In this document: piece after piece, positions 52,055-62,673 of the stretch | Layout of the letters: each line of letters opens with the position of its first letter | How positions within the stretch are numbered: the stretch's first letter is position 1 | Origin: an uncultured Gammaproteobacteria bacterium | GTDB taxonomy: Bacteria; Patescibacteriota; Patescibacteriia; Patescibacteriales; UBA12465 | Direction of reading: 5' to 3' | NCBI GenBank assembly: GCA_964473565.1 | Contig: CAYYPI010000001.1 | Location: forward strand, 57,854 to 121,853 | DNA: 64,000 nt | Position numbers and translations under genes: made by a program | The notes under the pieces: model-generated | Seen by the model: the letters and a program-made list of their open reading frames with translations, nothing else | What the model was told of the DNA's origin: nothing | The model's database searches: none

Positions 52055-52358
52055 TTAGAAGCTAAATAATTTGTTTGGCTTTTAAACCCTCTGAATCCAG
52101 CACATAACAGACGTTACAAAATACGGCGGCATATCTGAGTAATCAGATATTGAGAAGTTGACTCATATCGGTGAAACCCTAATTCAAGGGCAATACCGAG
52201 GGAAGTCGCTTATATTAAATAGATATAAGTTGACCCCTTAGAGACTTCTTCCAATGATTGGAAGAGAGTGATGTTGATAAACATTGCTAACACGTCAACC
52301 CCCTAATAATTTAGGGTGATAGTATAGTCCATTACACTTGGTAACAAGTGATGATAAT
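52055..52358 (+). mobile_element. group I intron 5 in 23S, ORF-less
   Basis: exon junction gggttcagaccgt | gcgtaagacaggtcggtc; contains the same core element (ggtgaaaccct…gggcaataccgagggaagt) as introns 3 and 4. Confidence 0.5.
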
Positions 52359-52712
52359 GCGTAAGACAGGTCGGTCTCCTATCCACTATGATCGCGGAAA
52401 CTTGAGGAGTCCCTTCCCTAGTACGAGAGGACCGGGAAGGACGAAGCTCTAGTGTACCAGCTGTTCCACCAGGGGCATTGCTGGGTAGCTACCTTCGGTT
52501 TGGATAAGCGCTGAAAGCATATAAGCGCGAAGCCGTCTCCAAGATTAGGTTTCATAGGTTGGTCAGAGAATATGACCTTGATAGGCTCTAGGTGTAAGCG
52601 TAGCAATGCGCTCAGCCGAGGAGTACTAATAAACCGTTTGATTTTCCCACACTTTTGTGTTGAAGAGAAAATTTTATTGAACTTATTAATTGTTTTTCAG
52701 CATATAGAAAAA

Positions 52713-52848
52713 GACGCCATCGTTCTGGTGGTTCTAGCGAAGGGGTAACACCTGACTTCCATCCCGAACTCAGAAGTTAAGTCCTTCAGCGCCGATGATA
52801 CTTGGGTTTTGTACCCTGGGAAAGTAGGCCACCGCCAGAACAATGGCG
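52713..52848 (+). rRNA. rrf: 5S rRNA
   Basis: helix I gacgccatcgttctggtgg/ccaccgccagaacaatggcgt; CCGAACTCAGAAGTTAAG loop C region. Confidence 0.8.
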
Positions 52849-52945
52849 TTTTTTTGTACCTAAAAATCAAATTTTAATTACTGTATACGGTTTATTTTTA
52901 TATTTAAAAATGTTAGTATAGTAGTATATAAACTAATATTTTCTT

Positions 52946-54319
52946 ATGCCTATTAAAGCATCAATATCAGGTATTAGAGGCACAATAGATGATAGTGATG
53001 GACTTCGACCTGATATAATTTCCCAATATGTATTAGCTTATGGCACTTGGCTGTTAAATAGCTTTGACTATCAAGTAAGTGTTATTTTAGCTAGAGATTC
53101 TAGACCTTCAGGTAAGTTAATTAATAATATTGTTAAGGGAACCTTAAATTATTTAGGTATAGAAGTGATTGATTTAGGTCTAGTTAGCACCCCAACTGCT
53201 GAAATTGCTGTAACAGAGTTTAAAGCTCAAGGTGCTATAATTATCACAGCCAGTCATAATCCTAATAACTGGAACGCACTTAAACTATTAAATGAAAAAG
53301 GAGAGTTTCTTAACTCTTCCAATATGGATGAAGTTTTAAAGATATTTAAAAGCAAGAAATTTAATAAAGGAGCAAACACAAAAGTGTTAAACAAAACAGT
53401 GGCTAATTTTAATAATTTTCATATTAAAAAAATTCTAGACTTAAAAGTAATTTCTAAAGAAACAATTAGTAAAGCTAACTTTAAAGTGGTAGTAGATGGC
53501 ATAAACTCAGTTGGTGGTCCAGCAGTACTACAATTGCTTAAAGCTTTAGGTGTTAATGATATTATTGAATTAAATTGTGATTGTAGTGGCAATTTTAGGC
53601 ATAATCCTGAGCCACTAGCTGATAATTTAACAGAGTTGTCATCTCTAGTTAAAAAAGAAAAGGCTGATCTTGGTTTAGCTGTTGATCCTGATGGAGACAG
53701 GTTGGCAATTGTTTGCGAAGATGGTAGTTTCTTAGGAGAGGAATACACCCTAGTTGCAGTAGCGGATTATATTTTATCACAGTTTGGTCCTGGTAATACG
53801 GTTTCTAATTTATCATCATCCCGTGCTTTAGCAGATATCACTAAGAAATATAATGGTAATTATTTCTCTGCTCCAGTAGGTGAGATTAATGTAGTGGAAA
53901 AAATGAAGGAAGTTGGTGCTATAATTGGCGGTGAAGGCTCTGGAGGTGTAATTTATCCTGCCTTGCATTATGGTAGAGACGCTTTAGTTGCTGTAGCTTT
54001 ATTTTTAAATTATTTAGCTACATTAGATAAACCTTGTTCATTTATTAAAGATTATCTACCTAAATATCATTTAATGAAATATAAAGTAGATTTAAAGGAA
54101 GGTGATAAAATTGAAGCTGTGTTTAAAAAAATAAAAGCACACTTTAAGGAAGCTAAAGTAAACGACTTAGATGGTTTAAAGTTAGATTTTGAAAACTCTT
54201 GGGCACATTTAAGAGCTTCAAACACCGAACCTATTGTTAGGCTGTATATTGAAGGAAAGACTAAAAAGGAATGCCATGATTTATATGAAAAAATAATTAA
54301 TATAATAGAAAATAAATAA
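52946..54319 (+). CDS. phosphohexomutase (phosphoglucosamine/phosphomanno/phosphoglucomutase family, archaeal-type)
   Basis: active-site loop ITASHNP; 457 aa. Confidence 0.8.
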   Translation: MPIKASISGIRGTIDDSDGLRPDIISQYVLAYGTWLLNSFDYQVSVILARDSRPSGKLINNIVKGTLNYLGIEVIDLGLVSTPTAEIAVTEFKAQGAIIITASHNPNNWNALKLLNEKGEFLNSSNMDEVLKIFKSKKFNKGANTKVLNKTVANFNNFHIKKILDLKVISKETISKANFKVVVDGINSVGGPAVLQLLKALGVNDIIELNCDCSGNFRHNPEPLADNLTELSSLVKKEKADLGLAVDPDGDRLAIVCEDGSFLGEEYTLVAVADYILSQFGPGNTVSNLSSSRALADITKKYNGNYFSAPVGEINVVEKMKEVGAIIGGEGSGGVIYPALHYGRDALVAVALFLNYLATLDKPCSFIKDYLPKYHLMKYKVDLKEGDKIEAVFKKIKAHFKEAKVNDLDGLKLDFENSWAHLRASNTEPIVRLYIEGKTKKECHDLYEKIINIIENK

Positions 54320-54339
54320 GAAATTAATAAACATTTTAT

Positions 54340-55083
54340 ATGACAGACATTATTATCTTAGCAGCTGGTAAAGGCACAAGAATGAATAGCGATTTACCAA
54401 AAGTGCTTGTTCCCTTACAAGAAAGACCAATGATTCATTATCTATTAGACTCAATAACAAAGAGTAATATAAAGGCTAAACCAGTTATTGTGGTTTCTCC
54501 TGATAATCATGAGCAGATAAAAGAAGCCTTAAAAGAATATGACCTTAGATTTGCTGTACAGGACAGACAATTAGGTACTGGACATGCTGTGCATAGTGCC
54601 AAAGATGAAATTTCACCTAAAGCAGAAAAAGTTTTAGTTTTATATGGAGATCATCCTTTCCTTAGTTCTGAGTCAATTGATAATTTTGTTAATAAAGAAG
54701 TTGAGGCTTTAAATTTAATGTCAGTAAAAGTAGATGATTTTAGTGATTGGAAAAAAGCTTTTTATCACTGGGGTCGTTTAGTTAGAGATGAAAATAATAA
54801 ACTAGAGAAGATTGTAGAGTTTAAAGATGCTAGCGAGGAAGAAAAGCAGATTACTGAAGTAAACCCAGCTATGTTTATTTTTAATTCTTCATGGCTTTGG
54901 GAAAATATTAGTAATTTAGATAATAATAATAAACAAGAAGAATACTATCTTACCGATCTAGTATCTTCAGCTTTTAAGCAAGGAGCTGAAATTAAAACTA
55001 CACAAATAGATGCAAAAGAAGCCATGGGAATTAATAGCTTAGAAGAGTTAGAAATTGCAAAAAAATTAAATTTAGACAATTAA
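54340..55083 (+). CDS. sugar-1-phosphate nucleotidyltransferase (GlmU N-terminal-like)
   Basis: IILAAGKGTRM motif; 247 aa, no LbH domain. Confidence 0.7.
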   Translation: MTDIIILAAGKGTRMNSDLPKVLVPLQERPMIHYLLDSITKSNIKAKPVIVVSPDNHEQIKEALKEYDLRFAVQDRQLGTGHAVHSAKDEISPKAEKVLVLYGDHPFLSSESIDNFVNKEVEALNLMSVKVDDFSDWKKAFYHWGRLVRDENNKLEKIVEFKDASEEEKQITEVNPAMFIFNSSWLWENISNLDNNNKQEEYYLTDLVSSAFKQGAEIKTTQIDAKEAMGINSLEELEIAKKLNLDN

Positions 55084-55095
55084 ATTAATAAAAAT

Positions 55096-56091
55096 ATGAA
55101 AATAAGTTTCTTTGAAATAAAAGGCTGGGAAAAGAAATATTTAAAAGCTTCTTTAAAAGGGCATAAGTTGTCTTTTTACAAAGAACCCTTAACTGAAGAT
55201 AACGTTTTACTGGCAAAGGGTGCTGATATTATTTCTGTATTTATTTATTCTAAGATAAATAAAAAAGTTTTAAACACTCTTAAGAATTTAAAGCTAATTT
55301 GTACTAGATCAACTGGTTATGATCATATTAGTCTTGGCATAGCTAAAAAGAAAGGTGTCTGTGTTTGTAATATCCCCTCTTATGGTGAAAATACAGTTGC
55401 TGAACATACCTTTGCTTTAATATTGGCATTATCTCGAAATATTCATAAGTCTTATATAAAAACATTAAGAAATGATTTTTCTTTGGAAGGTCTAAAAGGT
55501 TTTGATTTAAAAAATAAAACTTTAGGAGTTGTTGGTGCTGGTAAAATAGGCTTACATGTAATTAGAATAGCTAAAAGCTTTGGTATGAATGTTTTGGCTT
55601 TTGATGTAAATGAGGATAATTTTATTTCTGAGGTTTTAGATTTTAAATATGTTAGCTTTATTGATTTATTAAAAGAATCAGATATAGTATCGCTACATGC
55701 TCCATACAATGAAAAAACTCATCATATGATAAATAAGAGTAGTATTAAATTAATGAAGAAAGGCAGCTTTTTAATTAATACTTCTAGAGGAGGTTTAGTG
55801 GATCTTGATGCTCTTATAATGGGATTAGATAAAAATATAATAGCTGGTGCAGGTCTGGATGTTATTGAGGGAGAGGAATTTATTAAAGAAGAAAAGCAAT
55901 TATTATATGATCCAGAAAAAATGGAGTCCGCATTAACACTAGCAAAGGATCATATATTATTTGATAATGAAAAGGTTATCTTTACTCCTCATATCGCTTT
56001 TTATAGTCATGAGGCCTTACTTAGAATATTAAAACAAACCAGTGAAAACATTAAATCTTTTGTTAAAGGTGATAATTTTAATAAATTATAG
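55096..56091 (+). CDS. D-isomer-specific 2-hydroxyacid dehydrogenase
   Basis: GVVGAGKIGLHV Rossmann motif; 331 aa. Confidence 0.8.
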   Translation: MKISFFEIKGWEKKYLKASLKGHKLSFYKEPLTEDNVLLAKGADIISVFIYSKINKKVLNTLKNLKLICTRSTGYDHISLGIAKKKGVCVCNIPSYGENTVAEHTFALILALSRNIHKSYIKTLRNDFSLEGLKGFDLKNKTLGVVGAGKIGLHVIRIAKSFGMNVLAFDVNEDNFISEVLDFKYVSFIDLLKESDIVSLHAPYNEKTHHMINKSSIKLMKKGSFLINTSRGGLVDLDALIMGLDKNIIAGAGLDVIEGEEFIKEEKQLLYDPEKMESALTLAKDHILFDNEKVIFTPHIAFYSHEALLRILKQTSENIKSFVKGDNFNKL

Positions 56092-56093
56092 TT

Positions 56094-57332
56094 ATGAAAA
56101 AAGTTTTAGATTTGCATATTCATTCTCGCTATTCTAGAGCTTGTTCGCCTGAATTAACTTTAGCAAACATTGCCAGTGCTGCTCAGGAAAAGGGTGTAGA
56201 TATTATAGCTACAGGAGACTTTAGTTACCCTAAGTGGTTTAATAACATAGAGACCGAGTTAGAAGAGTTCAATAAATCTGGTTTATATAGATTAAAAAAA
56301 GATAAAAACATTAAAACCCTTTTTATATTAGCAACTGAGCTTTCATTAGTGTATAAAGATGGAGCAAAAGCTAGAAGAATTCATTTAGTAGTACAGGCTC
56401 CTAATTTAGAAGCGGTAAGAGACTTAAATAAGTATTTAGATAAAAAATATAATATTCGCTCTGATGGTAGACCAATACTTGGTATGAGCGCTGTTGAATT
56501 GGTGAAACTATGTCTTAGTATTCATCCTAAGTTTCTCATATATCCAGCTCATATTTGGACTCCTTGGTATGCTGTATTTGGTTCTAAATCAGGATTTGAT
56601 AGCATGGAGCAGTGCTTTAAAGATCAAACTAAGCATATCTATGCTTATGAAACAGGTTTATCTTCTGACCCAGAAATGAACTTTCGTGTGTCAGCCTTAG
56701 ATGGCTTAACGGTATTATCTAACTCAGATGCTCATAGTTTGCAAAATATTGGCAGAGAAGCTAATGTGATGGATTTAAATGAGTCTAGTAGCTATGATGA
56801 GATATATGAAGCAATAAAGAATAGAGATTTAAATAAACTAAAGTATACTATTGAATTCTATCCTGAAGAAGGCATGTATTATTTTGATGGGCACAGGGAT
56901 TGTGATTACAGTGCAAACCCTCAAGAAACTAAGAGATTAAAAGGAATATGCCCAATATGTAAAAAACCATTAGTTTTAGGTGTATCTTATAGAGTAGATG
57001 AGCTAGCTGACAGAAAATTAGGTTATAAACCTAAAAATAGACAGGGCTATAAAAAACTAATTGAGCTAGATAAGATTATTGCAGAGAGTTTAAATATTAA
57101 AAGTAGGAAATCAATTAAAGTTCAAGCAATATATAAAAAAATGATTGAACATTTAGGTTCGGAGTTAGATATACTTTTAGAACTTGAGATTAAGAAAATA
57201 AAAAAGGAATTTGGCGAGCTTATAGCTTTGGGTATAGAAAGAGTAAGAAAAGGTGATTTAATAATTAAACCCGGTTTTGATGGAAACTATGGAGAGATAA
57301 AGATTTTTACTAACAAAGAGAAAACAAGTTAA
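56094..57332 (+). CDS. PHP-domain protein, endonuclease Q-like (TIGR00375 family)
   Basis: LDLHIHSRYSRA PHP motif at N-terminus; C-terminal HRDCDY…GICPICKKP zinc-finger-like segment; 412 aa. Confidence 0.45.
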   Translation: MKKVLDLHIHSRYSRACSPELTLANIASAAQEKGVDIIATGDFSYPKWFNNIETELEEFNKSGLYRLKKDKNIKTLFILATELSLVYKDGAKARRIHLVVQAPNLEAVRDLNKYLDKKYNIRSDGRPILGMSAVELVKLCLSIHPKFLIYPAHIWTPWYAVFGSKSGFDSMEQCFKDQTKHIYAYETGLSSDPEMNFRVSALDGLTVLSNSDAHSLQNIGREANVMDLNESSSYDEIYEAIKNRDLNKLKYTIEFYPEEGMYYFDGHRDCDYSANPQETKRLKGICPICKKPLVLGVSYRVDELADRKLGYKPKNRQGYKKLIELDKIIAESLNIKSRKSIKVQAIYKKMIEHLGSELDILLELEIKKIKKEFGELIALGIERVRKGDLIIKPGFDGNYGEIKIFTNKEKTS

Positions 57333-57342
57333 ATAATATAAT

Positions 57343-57840
57343 ATGAAAAAAAATAATATATTTTATTTGTTTGTAGTAGGTATTTTTTTAACTCTAAGCG
57401 CACTTTCTTTTTATTGGTTTAACAATGTTAACACTTATACCGAAACCAATAAATCTAATAATATAGTAGAAAATAGTGCTAATATTTGGTATAAATTTAA
57501 TTCTATATTAGACTTTTTAGATATAATTGGTAACAATTCCAGCAATCAAGCTAAAGGCGTTGATATGCTTGATAATCCTATAGAAAATAGTGCTAATGTT
57601 CTTAGTACTTTTAAAATAGATAATGAATTGGAGCAGGAAATAGAGTATCAAGAGGGATCAATTAGTCCTAGCTTTAATGAGCTTGTAGAAGAAAAACAAC
57701 TCAAAGAAAAGACTTGGTATAAAAAATATAGTCAATGGATATCTCAAAAGGGCTTTTATACTTTTAAAAAAGAAAACCTTTTAGAAGTAGGCTGGCAAAA
57801 TTCTTTGGGTAAAACATATAGCATAAGCATACCTTTTTAG
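57343..57840 (+). CDS. hypothetical membrane-anchored protein with internal repeat
   Basis: N-terminal TM; IENSANIWYKF / IENSANVLSTF repeat. Confidence 0.3.
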   Translation: MKKNNIFYLFVVGIFLTLSALSFYWFNNVNTYTETNKSNNIVENSANIWYKFNSILDFLDIIGNNSSNQAKGVDMLDNPIENSANVLSTFKIDNELEQEIEYQEGSISPSFNELVEEKQLKEKTWYKKYSQWISQKGFYTFKKENLLEVGWQNSLGKTYSISIPF

Positions 57841-57928
57841 TTTTACTAATACTCTAAAGCGGTGTATAATATTATTAGAATTTTTTTAAAACTTTATCAT
57901 TTTAATTAATTATAATTAACTTATATAT

Positions 57929-58267
57929 ATGATATTTAACGCTTTATCAATTATTGTATATAATACAGGTTTAGCAATTGAGTATATTGGTGTTTTTGTG
58001 GTGGTAGCAGCAGTGATTTCAGCTCTGTATATGTTATTTTTCGCTGGTTATAACAGTGATTATATTAGGATAAAATTTGCTAGAAACGTAATGTTTGGAA
58101 TTGAATTTATTATTGCTGGAGATATACTTTTAGTAACTGTTATACAGAATTTAGATGAAGCTTTAAAATTAGGTGGTGTTATTTTAATTAGAATTCTTTT
58201 AGGATATGCTTTAAGACAGGAATTCTTAATTGATAATAAAAAATTAGACAAAATGTATAAAAAATAA
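57929..58267 (+). CDS. hypothetical small membrane protein
   Basis: 112 aa, three predicted TM helices. Confidence 0.3.
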   Translation: MIFNALSIIVYNTGLAIEYIGVFVVVAAVISALYMLFFAGYNSDYIRIKFARNVMFGIEFIIAGDILLVTVIQNLDEALKLGGVILIRILLGYALRQEFLIDNKKLDKMYKK

Positions 58268-58276
58268 TTTAAATAT

Positions 58277-59320
58277 ATGGTCAATAAAAAAACAGAGAAA
58301 AAAACAGACAATAAAGGAGAAAATAATCCTAAACAAGAGGCAGCTGATACAGCTATTGAACAAATTAAAGGTAAGTTTGGTGAAGGAGCAATCATGAAAT
58401 TTGGTGAATCAAGAAGAAGTGATGTTGATGTTATACCAACTGGTTGTCTTTCTTTAGATATAGCACTTGGAATTTTAGGAGTTCCTAGGGGTAGAATTAT
58501 TGAGATATTTGGACCTGAAGCTTCAGGAAAAACTACTTTAGCTCAGCATATTGTGGCTGAGGTGCAGAAAAAAGGTGGTTTAGCAGCTTTTGTTGATGCT
58601 GAGCATGCACTTGACCCTGAATACGCTAAAAAAATTGGTGTAAATGTAAATGAGTTACTAATTTCTCAGCCTGACACAGGAGAGCAGGCTTTAGAGATAG
58701 TAGAAACACTTACTCGCTCAAATGCAGTTGATGTTATTGTGGTAGACTCTGTAGCGGCACTAGTTCCACAAAAGGAGATTGATGGAGAAATGGGTGATCA
58801 GCATATGGGACTTCAAGCTAGATTAATGAGTCAAGCTTTAAGAAAACTTACTGGTGTGGTCTCAAAAAGTAAAACGGTTATTATCTTTATAAATCAAATT
58901 AGAAATAAAATTGGTGTATTCTTTGGTAACCCAGAGACAACAACTGGTGGTAATGCTTTAAAGTTCTATTCTTCAGTTAGAATTGAGGTTAGAAGAGCTG
59001 CTCAAATTAAACAAGGTGATAGAAGTATTGGTAACAGGGTTAAGGCTAAGATAGTAAAAAATAAAGTTGCAGCCCCTTTTCAAACCACTGAGTTCGATAT
59101 TATGTATAATGAAGGTATTTCTTTAGCTGGTGATTTGCTTGACGTAGGCACTGAATACGGAGTAATTAAGAAAGCTGGTAATAGCTATAGTTTTGGTGAA
59201 GATAAACTTGGTGTAGGTAGAGAGAATGCTAAAAAAACCATTAGAAGTGATAAAGCTTTAATGAAGAAAGTTAAAGACAAGATTTTAGAAGTACATCAAA
59301 ATAAAGATAAACAAGAGTAA
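58277..59320 (+). CDS. recA: recombinase RecA
   Basis: [13 protein letters not shown] Walker A, canonical RecA core throughout. Confidence 0.95.
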   Translation: MVNKKTEKKTDNKGENNPKQEAADTAIEQIKGKFGEGAIMKFGESRRSDVDVIPTGCLSLDIALGILGVPRGRIIEIFGPEASGKTTLAQHIVAEVQKKGGLAAFVDAEHALDPEYAKKIGVNVNELLISQPDTGEQALEIVETLTRSNAVDVIVVDSVAALVPQKEIDGEMGDQHMGLQARLMSQALRKLTGVVSKSKTVIIFINQIRNKIGVFFGNPETTTGGNALKFYSSVRIEVRRAAQIKQGDRSIGNRVKAKIVKNKVAAPFQTTEFDIMYNEGISLAGDLLDVGTEYGVIKKAGNSYSFGEDKLGVGRENAKKTIRSDKALMKKVKDKILEVHQNKDKQE

Positions 59321-59337
59321 ATTAATTATATTTTATA

Positions 59338-59366
59338 AAGCCGTTTCTAGTTAAGAAACGGCTTTT
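59338..59366 (+). terminator. rho-independent terminator after recA
   Basis: agccgtttctagttaagaaacggct hairpin + T4. Confidence 0.5.
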
Positions 59367-59381
59367 ATGTAGCCTTATTTT

Positions 59382-60062
59382 ATGAAAAAAACTATTGTAA
59401 TATCTGTAGGGGGATCACTAATAGCTCCTGCTGTTGATAAAATTGATGATATTTTTTTGAGAAAATTAATTAAGTTAATAAATGATAATTATAATACCTA
59501 TCGATTTATTCTAGTAGCTGGTGGAGGTATGGTGGCAAGAAATTATATTGATAGTGCCAGGAAGCTTGTTAATATCAGTGATAAGGAGGCTGATTGGCTG
59601 GGAATTAGTGCTACCAGGCTTAATGCTAATTTATTAAAGACGATTTTATCTAATAAGGCTTATAAAGAAATAATACAAGAGCCTAGTGATGATATTAAAA
59701 CTAATAAAATTTTAGTTGCAGGCGGCTATAAACCAGGGAGGTCTTCAGATGATATGGCAGTATCTTTAGCGGTGAAATATAAAGCTGAAGTGGTTATAAA
59801 TTTAACCAATATTGATTATGTTTATGATAAAGATCCTAGTAAATATAGTGACGCTAAGAAGTTAATTAAAGTATCTTGGGATAAATTTTTGGATATTATT
59901 GGCAGACAATGGACACCAGGTAAGAATACGCCTTTTGATCCTGTAGCTTCAAGGCTAGCGCAGAAAAATAAGATTAAGGTACTTATTATAAATGGAAAAA
60001 AGATTAGCAACTTAAACAAATATTTATCAGGAGATAAGTTCAAAGGAACAATAATTAATTAA
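59382..60062 (+). CDS. pyrH: UMP kinase, archaeal-type
   Basis: VISVGGSLIAP, LVAGGGMVARNYI, NLTNIDYVYDKDP, FDPVAS motifs matching archaeal PyrH. Confidence 0.7.
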   Translation: MKKTIVISVGGSLIAPAVDKIDDIFLRKLIKLINDNYNTYRFILVAGGGMVARNYIDSARKLVNISDKEADWLGISATRLNANLLKTILSNKAYKEIIQEPSDDIKTNKILVAGGYKPGRSSDDMAVSLAVKYKAEVVINLTNIDYVYDKDPSKYSDAKKLIKVSWDKFLDIIGRQWTPGKNTPFDPVASRLAQKNKIKVLIINGKKISNLNKYLSGDKFKGTIIN

Positions 60063-60070
60063 AATAAAAA

Positions 60071-60093
60071 AACCCCGTTAAGGGTTATTTTTT
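60071..60093. terminator. bidirectional terminator
   Basis: aaccccgttaagggtt hairpin flanked by A-run and T-run. Confidence 0.45.
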
Positions 60094-60100
60094 TGACTTG

Positions 60101-60173
60101 TGCGCCGTGCAGGATTTGAACCTGCGACCGTTTGCTTAAGAGGCAACTGCTCTACCAACTGAGCTAACGGCGC
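60101..60173 (-). tRNA. tRNA-Lys (anticodon CTT)
   Basis: reverse complement GCGCCGTTAGCTCAGTTGGTAGAGCAGTTGCCTCTTAAGCAAACGGTCGCAGGTTCAAATCCTGCACGGCGCA. Confidence 0.75.
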
Positions 60174-60180
60174 TAGTATG

Positions 60181-60254
60181 TGGCTGGAGAGAGGCTTGAA
60201 CTCTCGACCTCGGCGTTATGAGTGCCGCGCTCTAACCAACTGAGCTACCCAGCC
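60181..60254 (-). tRNA. tRNA with CAT anticodon (elongator Met or lysidine-Ile)
   Basis: reverse complement GGCTGGGTAGCTCAGTTGGTTAGAGCGCGGCACTCATAACGCCGAGGTCGAGAGTTCAAGCCTCTCTCCAGCCA. Confidence 0.65.
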
Positions 60255-60273
60255 ATATTTTTAAAGGCGAATG

Positions 60274-60347
60274 TGTACTCGGCAGGACTTGAACCCGCAA
60301 CCTCCTGGTCCGAAGCCAGGCGCTCTATCCAGTTGAGCTACGAGTAC
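60274..60347 (-). tRNA. tRNA-Arg (anticodon TCG)
   Basis: reverse complement GTACTCGTAGCTCAACTGGATAGAGCGCCTGGCTTCGGACCAGGAGGTTGCGGGTTCAAGTCCTGCCGAGTACA. Confidence 0.7.
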
Positions 60348-60375
60348 ATGCCTTTAAGAAATATACTAATATAAT

Positions 60376-60654
60376 CTAACTTTTTAACTCATCTCTAAGT
60401 CTTTTTCCGGTTTTAAATTTAGCAACTTTTACTTCAGGGATAGTTATACGTTCGCTTGGCTTTTGTGGATTAACACCTCCGCGAGCGTATCGCACCCTAG
60501 AAAGAAAAGTACCAAATCCGGCTATAGTAACTTCCTTATCTTTCTTTAACTGTTCTATAACAGTGTTAGTAAATGTATCAATCATGGCCTCAGCTTGCTT
60601 TTTGCTTACCTCAGCTTCTTCTTGTATTTTGTTAATTAATTCAGCTTTGTTCAT
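60376..60654 (-). CDS. hup: DNA-binding protein HU
   Basis: MNKAELINKIQE…GFGTF…RNPQ-like arm; 92 aa. Confidence 0.85.
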   Translation of the reverse strand: MNKAELINKIQEEAEVSKKQAEAMIDTFTNTVIEQLKKDKEVTIAGFGTFLSRVRYARGGVNPQKPSERITIPEVKVAKFKTGKRLRDELKS

Positions 60655-60714
60655 AAAATTACAATTAGGTTTTCATTATAACATAAATATTTCAAATGTG
60701 AATATTTATGGATA

Positions 60715-62232
60715 TTAGCGAGCGTATTCGGTCACCCGTAGCTCTCTAATAAGGTGAATCTTAATTTCTCCAGGATATTTTAATTCTTCCTCAATTTTTT
60801 TACAAATATTTTTAGCTAATTGATGGGCACCATAATCATCTATTTTTTCAGGTGTTACAAACACTCTTACCTCTCTACCAGCCTGAATAGCATAAGTCTT
60901 ATCTACACCTTCGAAAGAATTAGCTATTTTCTCTAGTTCTTCTAATCTTTTTAGATAATTTTCATAATTATCATTTCTTGCTCCAGGTCTAGCAGATGAT
61001 ATAGCATCAGCTACCTTAACAATAACAGATTCTAGAGTTGTTGGTTTGTCGTCATGGTGTGTTTCAATTGGAGCTATTATTTCAGGTTGAAGTTTAAACT
61101 TCTTGGCTATATCTGCACCAATATCGGTATGATTACCTTTGATTTCATGATCAACAGCTTTCCCGATATCATGAAGTAGACCACCTTTTTTAGAGAAGGT
61201 AACATTAGCGCCTAGTTGTTCAGCTAATAGGGCTGAAATATGTGCCACCTCAATAGAGTGACGTAGAGCATTTTGACCATAACTTGTTCTGTATTTAAGT
61301 CTTCCTAATATTTGAACAAGCTTAGGATCAAAACCTGTTACTCCAACTTCGTACATAGCTTCTTCTCCAGCTTTCTTAATATCAGTAGCTATTTCACCTT
61401 TTGATCTTTCTACAGCCTCCTCAATTTTAGCAGGATGTATGCGACCATCTTTAATTAAATAATCTAAGGTTTTCTTAGCAATATGCCTTCTTATTAATGA
61501 AAATCCTGACACAGTAATAGCATTAGGCGTGTCATCAACAATAATTTCAACTCCAGTAGCCTGCTCAATAGCTTTAATGTTTCTACCTTCTCTACCAATT
61601 ATCCTACCCTTAATTTCATCACTAGGCAAATCAACTGTAGTAGTGGTTAGCTCAAGGGTATAAGTAGAAGCTAGTCTTTGCATAGAGGTAGCCATAATGT
61701 CTTTTGCTTTATTCTCTAAGACCTCCATGTTATCATCTTCTAGTTTCCTGATTCGTACTAACAAATCGTCTTTATTTTGTTCTTCAATGTTTTTAAGTAA
61801 CCTTTCCTTAGCCTCTTCTTTAGTTAAGGCAGCTATTTTTTCTAATTCTAGATTCTGATCTTCCTTAATTTTCTTAATCTTCTCTTTAATTTCTTGAACT
61901 TCATTAACTTTGTCATATAGTTTTTGTTGTTTGTCTTGTAGCTCAAGTAATTTTTGAGAAAAAGAATTCTCTCTTTGCTCTAAGCGTCCTTGTAGTTTGC
62001 TAATCTCCCTTCTACGATCAGACTCTTCTTTTTTAGCCTCGTCTATTATTTTCAAGGCTTTATCTTGGGCAGATAATAGGTGTTCTTTATGTTTTACTTT
62101 AGCTTCACTAATGATTTTATTTGCTTTTTCCTCTGCATGACCAATCTTTGATTTTGCAAGTTGTTTGTGAACAATAAATCCAATAAAAAAAGCTCCTATT
62201 GCCACTGCCAAATACAATAAATATTCTAACAT
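60715..62232 (-). CDS. rny: ribonuclease Y
   Basis: N-terminal TM, coiled coil, KH domain, HD domain (GLLHDIGK). Confidence 0.85.
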   Translation of the reverse strand: MLEYLLYLAVAIGAFFIGFIVHKQLAKSKIGHAEEKANKIISEAKVKHKEHLLSAQDKALKIIDEAKKEESDRRREISKLQGRLEQRENSFSQKLLELQDKQQKLYDKVNEVQEIKEKIKKIKEDQNLELEKIAALTKEEAKERLLKNIEEQNKDDLLVRIRKLEDDNMEVLENKAKDIMATSMQRLASTYTLELTTTTVDLPSDEIKGRIIGREGRNIKAIEQATGVEIIVDDTPNAITVSGFSLIRRHIAKKTLDYLIKDGRIHPAKIEEAVERSKGEIATDIKKAGEEAMYEVGVTGFDPKLVQILGRLKYRTSYGQNALRHSIEVAHISALLAEQLGANVTFSKKGGLLHDIGKAVDHEIKGNHTDIGADIAKKFKLQPEIIAPIETHHDDKPTTLESVIVKVADAISSARPGARNDNYENYLKRLEELEKIANSFEGVDKTYAIQAGREVRVFVTPEKIDDYGAHQLAKNICKKIEEELKYPGEIKIHLIRELRVTEYAR

Positions 62233-62673
62233 ATGCTTTAATTTGGAGTCTAGGACCTTTATAGTCGATATTAGATTGTATAGAATTCACCAATAATTAA
62301 AATAATAAATACATTAAGATTTTATATCTTTATAAATAATTATTTATATAAATTAGTGAATTATTGGGTGTTTTCATAATATTATTACTACAATAAACTG
62401 CGTTTATGTTGTGTTGGTATAATCTGTTTTTTACTATATGAAACTTTTTCTATACATTTTAATACCTAAATCTCCTAAATTCCAGTTGCAATTTAATTAA
62501 TTATTAAACTACAATAAGCTTATCAAAAAGAATTAGTTTTGTAAAGATTAAAAGAGACTTTTAAATAGAAAAAATAATATTTTAATATAGTTTTTAACTT
62601 GACTAATATAGCTTAGTAAAGTAAACTAGTAAAAAACACTTAAAAAAAGGGCTTGAGCCTATTTTTATATTTT

